The notes under the pieces are model-generated. The model saw nothing but the letters and a program-made list of their open reading frames with translations, was not told the DNA's origin and ran no database searches. Below are positions 36,420-47,419 of a DNA stretch of 47,419 nucleotides, one piece after another (position 1 is the first letter of the stretch; each line of letters opens with the position of its first letter). Position numbers and translations under genes: made by a program. The stretch is from an uncultured Gemmatimonadota bacterium (GTDB lineage Bacteria > Gemmatimonadota > Gemmatimonadetes > Gemmatimonadales > GWC2-71-9), in NCBI GenBank assembly GCA_902826755.1, contig CADEGB010000003.1:1-47419 (forward strand), in the 5' to 3' direction.

Positions 36420-38618
36420 GTGCGAACTTCCGCCTTCCCGATCGCCCGCCGAGTGGGATGCGCCGTGTGTTGGGCGGCCGTCCTGGCGGGTGCCGTGTTC
36501 GACCCGGGACCGATTTCCGCTCAGGAGACCGGCACGCTCGTGGTCACGGTCCTCCGTCCCGACTCCACCCCGCTTGCGGGTGCCTTCATCCGGTCCGACC
36601 GCATCGGCGGTGTTGCCGACCAGCGGGGCGTGGCGCGGATCGAGTTGCCGGCGCGTCTCGTTCGGGTCGAGGTGTCGCACCCCGGCTTTCGCCCCCGTTT
36701 GTTCGAGATCACCATCTTGCCCGCCGTGGTCCAACGCCATGAGCTGTCCCTCGAGGCTCGGAACGGGTCCGCGGACGATGTCCTGATCGAAACCACCCGC
36801 GGCAACCGCCGCCCCGATCAGGAAGCCGCCCCGGTCCTTGTCGTCGGCAATCGAGAACTGGTCCGGCGCGGCCTCGGGCGCCCCGCCGACCTCACCTCGG
36901 TGTTCCTAGGTGCGCCCGGTGTCCGGGCGCAGCCGCAGAGCGGACCGCTCGACGGCAGCCGGTTCCGCGTCGATGGGGTCCGGGGCCAATACACGGGGAT
37001 TCTGGTGGACGGCCTGCCCCTGGTTGGTGGGTATCCGGGTGCCTTCGGCGCGATGCAGCTGTCGCCGCTCGAGTTCGAACAGGTCGAATGGCTCCGGGGC
37101 CCCGCGTCGGCCCTCTATGGACCGTTGGCCGCGGGCGGTGTCATCAACCTCGTGTCTCGTCGTCCCGAGCGGAATCAACTGCGGCTCGGCGTCAACCAGA
37201 ATTCCGAAAAAGGCGGCGACCTGCTGGCCTGGGGCGCCCGCCGCCTCTCGCCGACGGTCAGCGCGTCCGTCTTTGCCGACTTTCACCAGCAGCGGCTGGT
37301 CGATGCCGATGACGACAACTGGGGTGAGATCCCCCGCGCCATTCGATTCGCGATCCGGCCCCGTCTGTACCTCGACCGGCCCAACGGCGACGGACTCGTC
37401 GCCACGGCGGGCGTCACCTCCGAAGATCGAACTGGCGGGTTCCTGTTCTCCAATACCGGGACTGACCCCTATCGAGAAGAGCGGCGGACCCGGCGGTTCG
37501 ACGGCGGCCTCAGCGCCCGCCGGCTGATCGGCGCGGCGGGTCTGCTCCAGGTCAAGCTCGCGGGTGTGTTCCAGTCCATCAGTCATCGCTTCGACGATCT
37601 GCGGGAGCGAGATCGCCGTTCGTCGCTCTTTGCCGAGGGGACCTACCAGCGCTCCCTCGGCCGAGTGGCCATCCTTGGCGGGTTCGGCTGGTATCGCGAA
37701 GCCCTTCGCCAACGGGATCTCCCCGCGTTCGACTACACCCACTCCGCGCCGAGCGCGTTCGGGTCGATCACCTGGTCGCCGTCGCCTCGAATCACCGGCA
37801 CGGTGGCTGGGCGATGTGACCGGCACAACGTGCACGGCACCCAATGCCAGCCGCGCGCCGACCTGCTGGTCAGACCGTCGGCCCGGATCGACCTCCGGGC
37901 TTTCGGCGCCTTGGGATACACGGCTCCCACGCTGTTGACTGACGAGGTCGAGACGATCGGCCTCCGCGCCACCTTTCCGATCGCCACCAAATCGGAGCGG
38001 CTCGCCGGCGCCGGGGTGGACCTCCGCTGGCGCGCCGCCGCCACCGAACTTGGCGCGGCCGTCACCTACACGCGGGTGGCCCTGCCGCTCCGGCTGGTGC
38101 CGCTGATCGGCGACACCGCCGACCGGCTTCGACTGCTCAACGTGTCGGAACCCACCCGGGTGGTGGCCTTCGATCTTCGGGGCTCGCACCAGCGCGAACC
38201 GTTCTTGCTGGGTGCCTTCTACGCCTTTCGAAAGGGCACCGAGGGTGTCCCCGCCGGCACGGGTCGTCGCGACGTCGACCTCACTCCGGCCCACCGGCTG
38301 GGTCTCAACCTCGGTTGGCGGGCGCCCCGTGGTGGCGGGACCACCATCGATGCCGACCTTTCGCTCGTCGGTCGCCAGACGCTTACCGACAACGCGTTTC
38401 GGACGACGACCCCGGCCTATACCCTGGTCAACGGCCTCGTCTCCCAGCGATCCGGGCGGGCCCGGCTCTATTTCAGCGGGGAGAACCTTCTCGACGTCCG
38501 GCTCCGGAACTACGAGCCGGTGTTCTTCGATCCGATCGATGGGGGGCGCCGCACCAACTCACCCTGGGTTCCGCTGCGGGGCCGGGTGATCAGCCTTGGC
38601 GCGCTGGTGGATTGGTAG
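36420..38618 (+). CDS. TonB-dependent receptor with N-terminal carboxypeptidase-regulatory-like domain
   Basis: GTG at 36420 gives the signal MRTSAFPIARRVGCAVCWAAVLAGAVFDPGPISAQ. CarbopepD_reg-like GTLVVTVLRPDSTPLAGAFI. Plug region (FRVDGVRGQYTGILVDGLPL). Terminal ...LGALVDW. The tracked start at 35184 is a read-through of the MFS gene in another frame. Confidence 0.8.
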   Translation: MRTSAFPIARRVGCAVCWAAVLAGAVFDPGPISAQETGTLVVTVLRPDSTPLAGAFIRSDRIGGVADQRGVARIELPARLVRVEVSHPGFRPRLFEITILPAVVQRHELSLEARNGSADDVLIETTRGNRRPDQEAAPVLVVGNRELVRRGLGRPADLTSVFLGAPGVRAQPQSGPLDGSRFRVDGVRGQYTGILVDGLPLVGGYPGAFGAMQLSPLEFEQVEWLRGPASALYGPLAAGGVINLVSRRPERNQLRLGVNQNSEKGGDLLAWGARRLSPTVSASVFADFHQQRLVDADDDNWGEIPRAIRFAIRPRLYLDRPNGDGLVATAGVTSEDRTGGFLFSNTGTDPYREERRTRRFDGGLSARRLIGAAGLLQVKLAGVFQSISHRFDDLRERDRRSSLFAEGTYQRSLGRVAILGGFGWYREALRQRDLPAFDYTHSAPSAFGSITWSPSPRITGTVAGRCDRHNVHGTQCQPRADLLVRPSARIDLRAFGALGYTAPTLLTDEVETIGLRATFPIATKSERLAGAGVDLRWRAAATELGAAVTYTRVALPLRLVPLIGDTADRLRLLNVSEPTRVVAFDLRGSHQREPFLLGAFYAFRKGTEGVPAGTGRRDVDLTPAHRLGLNLGWRAPRGGGTTIDADLSLVGRQTLTDNAFRTTTPAYTLVNGLVSQRSGRARLYFSGENLLDVRLRNYEPVFFDPIDGGRRTNSPWVPLRGRVISLGALVDW

Positions 38619-38621
38619 GGG

Positions 38622-42751
<4,130 letters not shown>

Positions 42752-42943
42752 ACCATAACTTCCTAAGCCAAACCCTTCGAGGCAAGAGGCTTGCCCCTCT
42801 TGGCCTTTTCCGGGCACCGGCCGCCCCCGCCCGGACCGAGCCCCTACCGCGACCCCGACACCGCCTCGGGATAGCCTCAAGCCCTTGTTGGAGCTATCTT
42901 TAGGGGCTCCAATCGTTCAACCGACCCATCGAGGTTTGGCCGT

Positions 42944-43510
42944 ATGGCTATCATCGCGAGCAACATGAGACGCGGCATGGCGATCATGCACAACGGCGAA
43001 CCCTGCCGCGTCCTCGACTTTCATCACCATACCCCGGGCAACCTCCGCGCCCTGGTTCAGGCCAAGCTTCGGAAGCTCAAGACCGGCATTCAGTTCGAAC
43101 ACCGGTTTCGGGCCACCGACAGCCTCGAGGTCGCCAACCTCGAGACCCACCAGCTCGATTTCATGTACAAGGCTGGCACCACCTATCACTTCATGAACAC
43201 CGAGAACTACGACCAGCTGGAAGTCGAGGAAGACGATCTCGGTGACAGCGCCAAATGGATGACCGACGGGATGCGGATCATCGCCGAGTTCTACGACGGC
43301 CGGCCGATCGGGATCCAGTTGCCGAACAGCTTGACGTTCGAGGTCATGGAAACCGCCCCCGTCATGAAGACGGCAACCAAGAACGCTTCGAGCAAACCCG
43401 CCCTCCTGAACAACGGCATCAGCGTCAACGTGCCCGAATTCATTCAGGCGGGAGAGCGCATCCGGGTCAATCCGGAAACCGGCGAGTACCTCGACCGGGC
43501 CAAGGAGTAG
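42944..43510 (+). CDS. efp: Elongation factor P
   Basis: 188 aa, alignable by eye along its whole length with E. coli EF-P (SN..R.G..IM..GEP, AKW, KPA, GEY..R.K). Confidence 0.95.
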   Translation: MAIIASNMRRGMAIMHNGEPCRVLDFHHHTPGNLRALVQAKLRKLKTGIQFEHRFRATDSLEVANLETHQLDFMYKAGTTYHFMNTENYDQLEVEEDDLGDSAKWMTDGMRIIAEFYDGRPIGIQLPNSLTFEVMETAPVMKTATKNASSKPALLNNGISVNVPEFIQAGERIRVNPETGEYLDRAKE

Positions 43511-43529
43511 ACCAGGCCCGCGTCGTCAC

Positions 43530-43563
43530 GGCCGACCCCCCGTCTCGGGGGGTCGGCCTTTTT
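43530..43563 (+). terminator. Rho-independent terminator of efp
   Basis: GGCCGACCCCCC-gtctc-GGGGGGTCGGCC (12-bp stem) followed by TTTTT. Confidence 0.85.
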
Positions 43564-43600
43564 CGTGCCCTGAAACCGGATCCGGCCCGTGGTCGTATAC

Positions 43601-43637
43601 CTTGACGGTCTAGGTAATTGCCCAGATAATCTAGGTA
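43601..43637 (+). promoter_or_regulatory. Sigma70-type promoter with two TCTAGGTAA direct repeats (PadR operator candidate)
   Basis: TTGACG (43601-06), a 17-nt spacer, then GATAAT (43624-29). TCTAGGTAA occurs at 43608-16 and 43629-37, 21 bp apart. The ATG lies about 20 nt downstream. Confidence 0.6.
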
Positions 43638-43657
43638 ACCCTCTCCCGGCCGAACCC

Positions 43658-43999
43658 ATGGCGCCGCAGCCGACCGAACTCCTCCAGGGCACGCTCGACG
43701 TCCTGATCCTCAAGACCCTGGCGTGGGCTCCCCGGCACGGCTACGGGATCGCCAAGTGGTTGGAGGACACGACCGACGACGCCCTCGTCGTTGAGGAGGG
43801 CTCGCTCTATCCCGCCCTCTATCGGATGGAGCGGAAGGGATGGATCGAGGCCGAGTGGGGGATGTCCGAGCTGGGCCGGAAAGCCAAGTTCTACGCCCTC
43901 ACCTCTGCGGGCCGGGCTCACCTCAAGGAGGAGATCGCGGCCTGGCGCCGGTTCTCGGTGGCGGTCACCAAGGTCCTTGGCTCCAACGGACGGGTCTGA
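43658..43999 (+). CDS. PadR-family transcriptional regulator
   Basis: ATG at 43658. LLQGTLDVLILKTLAWAPRHGYGIAKWLE...EGSLYPALYRMERKGWIEAEWG...KFYALT. Confidence 0.9.
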   Translation: MAPQPTELLQGTLDVLILKTLAWAPRHGYGIAKWLEDTTDDALVVEEGSLYPALYRMERKGWIEAEWGMSELGRKAKFYALTSAGRAHLKEEIAAWRRFSVAVTKVLGSNGRV

Positions 44000-44002
44000 C
44001 CC

Positions 44003-46672
44003 ATGGCCAAACTCGAGTTCGGTCGCCGGCTCCGCCAACTCTGGTGGCGACCCTCGGTCGCCGACGAGGTCGAGGCCGAGGTCCAGTTCCATCTCGACAT
44101 GCGGATCAAGGAGTTGATCGCCCGGGGGCTCTCGCCGGACGCCGCCCGCGCCGAGGCCATGGCCCGTTTGGGCGACGGCGAGGCCTTCCGTGCCACCCTC
44201 CGCCGGCTCGGCCGGGAGCGAAACACGATGCGAGAGCGCCATGAGTGGTTGGCAGAGTTCGGGCAGGACGTCCGCTACGCGTTTCGGTCCCTCCGCCAGC
44301 AGCCGGGATTCACGCTGACCGCCCTGGCAACCCTGGCGATCGGGATCGGGGCGACGACCGCCATCTTCAGTTTTCTCTACAGCGTGGTGCTCCGCCCGCT
44401 GCCCATCCCCGAAGCGGATCGAATCGTGGTCGTCGGCGACGGCAATCCCCAGGGGCCGGCCTGGAGCGTGTCGGTGGGCAACTACATCGACTATGCCCGG
44501 GAAACGCGGGTGTTCGAGCGGCTCGGTGCCACGCACTTCGCCAACTTCAACCTCAACGTCGACGCCAGTCCCGAGCGGGTGCCCGGCGCCCGGGCCGACG
44601 CCGCCTATTTCGAGGTGTTCCGGATCCCGCCGGCGATTGGGAGGACCTTTTCGGTTGAGGAGGATCGGCCCGGCGCGAATCGGGTGGCCCTGTTGAGCGA
44701 CGGGCTTTGGCGGCGCCGCTTCGGGGCCGATGCCGGGGTCGTCGGCCGAACCATCACGATCGATGGGACGGCGCACCAAATCATCGGCGTGATGCCGCCG
44801 ACGTTTTCACTGGGCGGGGAAGAACTTTGGGTGCCGGCGGCGTTCACCCCCCAACAGCAGGCCAAACACGACGAGCACTTCCTCGAGGTGTACGGTCGCC
44901 TCAAGTCCGGCGTCACCGTTCGCCAGGCGCTGGCCGATCAGGACCGGATCGCGCGGCAGCTCGCGACCGCGTTCCCGCTCGACAACCACGGACTCACCGG
45001 CGCGGTGGAGCCGCTCTTTGCCCAGTACGTCGGCAACGCGCCGGAACGGCTCGGGGTCCTCTTCGGTTCCGTTCTGGTGGTTCTCCTGATTGCCTGCGTC
45101 AACGTCGCCAACCTGCTCCTGGCGAGAGGTGCCGCGCGGGAACGAGAACTCGCCGTTCGGGCCGCTCTCGGGGCCGGCCGCCGTCGAATCGTGCGCCAGC
45201 TGATCACCGAGAATCTGGTACTGGCGCTCGGCGCGGGGATCCTCGGGATCGGCCTGGCCTGGGTGGCCATCAAGGCCATGCTGGTGACCGCGCCTCGGAA
45301 TCTTCCTCGGCTTGACCAGGCCGGCCTCGATGGCTGGGTCCTCGCCTTTGCGGTGGCCGTCTCGCTTGGGAGCGTGCTGGTCTTCGGTCTGATGCCGGCC
45401 ATTCGGTCGACCGCCGGGGACCTGGCACGAACCCTCCGCGAAGGCGCCAAGGGTAGTTCGGCCGCCGTCAGCGACTGGCTGCGGCGCGGGCTCGTGGCCG
45501 CGGAGGTTGCCCTCGCCCTGGTGTTGCTGGTCGGGGCCGGGCTCCTGATCCGCACGGCCATTCACCTCGGTCGGATCGATCCCGGGTTCCGGCCCGACGG
45601 GGTCGTGACCGCCCGGGTCGGCTTGGCCCAGACCGCGTACCCCGAATGGGAACAGGTCACCGGGGCCTTCGAGCGCCTCCACCGGGAGTTGGGCCAGATT
45701 CCCGGAGTCGAGGCCGCCGGGTTGTCTTCCCAGGTGCCACTCGGACCTGGCGGCGGAACCAACGGCCTGATCCGAGAAGGCATGGCCCTCGCGCCGGAGA
45801 ACGCCATTGGCTCCCGGCTTAGGCTGGTCACGCCCGGGTACCTCGGGACCATGCGCATCCCGATCGTCCGCGGGCGGGATTTCACCGACGAGGATCGGCG
45901 CGGAACCACCCGGGTGATGATCGTGAGCAAGGGCCTGGCGGAGCGGGCCTGGCCGGGTCAGGATCCGATCGGCAAACGCATGGCCTGCTGCGAAGGAACC
46001 GAGACCGATCCGATGTGGAAGGAGGTCATCGGCGTGGCGGGTGATGTCCGCTCCGGCGGCATCGATCAGGAGGCGGTGCCGGAGTTCTACCTTCCAGTGG
46101 CCCAGGCCCCGGCCGAGGCCTGGAACTGGATCCAACGAACCATGACCCTGGCGGTGCGGGGTCGGGAGTCCGCGGCTCTGACGGCTGGAGTCCGCGCCGC
46201 CGTTCGGACGGTCGATCCGGCCGTTCCGGTGTACGGCGTGGCGACGATGGGAGAGCGGATCGCGCAGTCGATGGCGCAGGGCCGCTTCAACACCCGCCTG
46301 CTTACCACCCTTGGCGCTGTCGGTCTGCTCCTCGCGGCCATCGGGATCTACGGCGTCATCGGGTACTTCGTCGCCCGGCAGCGACGGGAACTGGGCATCC
46401 GGGTGGCGTTAGGCGCATCGGCCGGCCGGATCCGCGGGCTCGTCCTCAGGCAGGGGCTGGTGCCGGCCCTGATCGGGGTTGGGGTCGGCGTTCCGGGAAG
46501 CCTCCTCCTGGCCCGGCTGCTCGGTAGTCAGCTGCGGGGGGTCGGCCCCGGCGATCCCGTCACCTTCGTGACGGTGGCGCTGGTTCTCGTCGGAGTGGCG
46601 GCCCTGGCTACCCTTGGTCCGGCGCGGCGGGCCACCCGGGTCGATCCCACCACCGCCATGCGGGACGACTGA
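44003..46672 (+). CDS. Duplicated FtsX/MacB-type ABC permease (ADOP-type orphan permease)
   Basis: 889 aa, starting 3 nt after padR. N-terminal prefix helix region, two MacB-like periplasmic cores and two FtsX 4-TM modules (CVNVANLLLARG...; RRELGIRVALGASAG...). Confidence 0.9.
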   Translation: MAKLEFGRRLRQLWWRPSVADEVEAEVQFHLDMRIKELIARGLSPDAARAEAMARLGDGEAFRATLRRLGRERNTMRERHEWLAEFGQDVRYAFRSLRQQPGFTLTALATLAIGIGATTAIFSFLYSVVLRPLPIPEADRIVVVGDGNPQGPAWSVSVGNYIDYARETRVFERLGATHFANFNLNVDASPERVPGARADAAYFEVFRIPPAIGRTFSVEEDRPGANRVALLSDGLWRRRFGADAGVVGRTITIDGTAHQIIGVMPPTFSLGGEELWVPAAFTPQQQAKHDEHFLEVYGRLKSGVTVRQALADQDRIARQLATAFPLDNHGLTGAVEPLFAQYVGNAPERLGVLFGSVLVVLLIACVNVANLLLARGAARERELAVRAALGAGRRRIVRQLITENLVLALGAGILGIGLAWVAIKAMLVTAPRNLPRLDQAGLDGWVLAFAVAVSLGSVLVFGLMPAIRSTAGDLARTLREGAKGSSAAVSDWLRRGLVAAEVALALVLLVGAGLLIRTAIHLGRIDPGFRPDGVVTARVGLAQTAYPEWEQVTGAFERLHRELGQIPGVEAAGLSSQVPLGPGGGTNGLIREGMALAPENAIGSRLRLVTPGYLGTMRIPIVRGRDFTDEDRRGTTRVMIVSKGLAERAWPGQDPIGKRMACCEGTETDPMWKEVIGVAGDVRSGGIDQEAVPEFYLPVAQAPAEAWNWIQRTMTLAVRGRESAALTAGVRAAVRTVDPAVPVYGVATMGERIAQSMAQGRFNTRLLTTLGAVGLLLAAIGIYGVIGYFVARQRRELGIRVALGASAGRIRGLVLRQGLVPALIGVGVGVPGSLLLARLLGSQLRGVGPGDPVTFVTVALVLVGVAALATLGPARRATRVDPTTAMRDD

Positions 46673-46734
46673 CGGCCCGGGGTGGCGCCGACGGTCTGGT
46701 CAACTCCCGGCAGCCGCCGTTCTCGGATTAACTT

Positions 46735-46761
46735 CCCCGTCGAGACGGACGACGGGGTTTT
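46735..46761 (+). terminator. Rho-independent terminator of the permease gene
   Basis: CCCCGTCG-agacgga-CGACGGGG followed by TTTT. Confidence 0.8.
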
Positions 46762-46846
46762 CGGGATGCAGGGACGACAGTGGCGGAGGAAGCCGACGGG
46801 GGTGGGTTCCCTGTCCGATCCGGGCCGGCGGCGTTAGGATGTCCGG

Positions 46847-47419
46847 ATGGTAGCGCTGTTGCTCCTTCTCCAGGCCGTTGCCGCCCGCCCGGCGGTGCCG
46901 GCCCTCCGTGACTCGATTCCGTTCGCTCGACTGGTCGAGCAGCTGTCGGAGTCCGGGGGGTACTTCGATACCGACAACCTGATTTCCAACGAGTCCTCCT
47001 ACCTCCATGTCGTCCCCCTGATCAGGGAGCGCGGTGCCCGGGGCGGCGCCTACGTCGGGGTGGGGCCCGACCAGAACTTCTCCTACATCACGGCCAGCCG
47101 GCCGGCCATCGCCTTCATCGTCGACCTCCGCCGCGACAACCGGCTCCTGCATCTGCTGTTCAAGTCGCTGTTCGAGACGGCGCGGAACCGGATCGATTTC
47201 CTTGCCTTGCTGTTCGGCCGCCAGCCGCCGGCCGACCTTGCCGCCTGGAACAACAAGCCACTGACCGAGCTGCTCGACTACATCGGTCGGACCCCGGCCG
47301 ATACGGCCCGCTACCGGCGGGTCCACGCCGGTCTGTCGAAGGGGATTCGAGGGTCACGTCTCCTCTTCTCCCAGCGGGACTCCGCCCCGTACCCCCGTTT
47401 CCCCGCCCAGTTCCTCCCG
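46847..47419 (+). CDS. Hypothetical secreted protein, N-terminal part (3' end outside the window)
   Basis: It is not in the ORF track because no stop is reached. ATG 46847 gives MVALLLLLQAVAARPAVPA... then GGYFDTDNLISNESSYLHVVPL...GVGPDQNFSYI. GC3 is very high over all 191 codons. The tracked antisense ORF 46700..47326 is rejected. Confidence 0.6.
   Translation, partial: MVALLLLLQAVAARPAVPALRDSIPFARLVEQLSESGGYFDTDNLISNESSYLHVVPLIRERGARGGAYVGVGPDQNFSYITASRPAIAFIVDLRRDNRLLHLLFKSLFETARNRIDFLALLFGRQPPADLAAWNNKPLTELLDYIGRTPADTARYRRVHAGLSKGIRGSRLLFSQRDSAPYPRFPAQFLP

Noticed and set aside
42888-42912. Inverted repeat TTGGAGC-N11-GCTCCAA 30 nt upstream of efp, and hairpin CAAGAGG...CCTCTTG at about 42785-42805.
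   Set aside because: These are short 7-bp stems of the kind expected by chance in GC-rich intergenic DNA. There is no second copy and no supporting context.

Overview
This is a 47.4-kb, very GC-rich bacterial chromosomal segment, roughly 68-70% G+C by eye, with GC3 near saturation in the real genes. The gene content suggests a Gemmatimonadota/Acidobacteriota-like organism, but that is inference only. The basis is a PadR regulator paired with a duplicated orphan FtsX/MacB-type permease, many Sec/Tat-exported hydrolases whose signal peptides end in ...AAQ, a TonB-dependent receptor, and Sel1-repeat Ser/Thr kinases. I support 39 CDS (two cut by the window edges), several intrinsic-terminator hairpins, a few promoter/operator candidates and some repeats. 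I recognise no rRNA, tRNA, CRISPR array, transposase or integrase. Most long antisense or alternative-frame ORFs in the track are high-GC artefacts. The items most worth a second look are listed here. (1) A tightly packed acyl-CoA dehydrogenase + SDR + APH-like kinase + SDR cluster (24864-28725) looks like a split version of ACAD10/11 or the Lva 4-hydroxyacyl-CoA phospho-elimination chemistry. (2) An EF-P carries Asn where the modified Lys/Arg loop-tip residue normally sits. (3) A 1.4-kb low-GC insert is bracketed by 35-bp direct repeats that duplicate the 3' end of an amidohydrolase gene. (4) A TPR-CHAT caspase-like protease sits next to an outer-membrane barrel gene. (5) Two tandem paralogous zinc-ribbon Ser/Thr kinases have extracytoplasmic Sel1 repeats. 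(6) A 2-TM RCK potassium-channel homologue has a TVGYRE filter instead of TVGYGD. (7) Two genes appear to need non-canonical start codons: ATT behind a perfect AGGAGG for the M1 peptidase, and no ATG/GTG/TTG at all for the amidase N-terminus. All functional calls come from motif recognition by eye; no database search was run.
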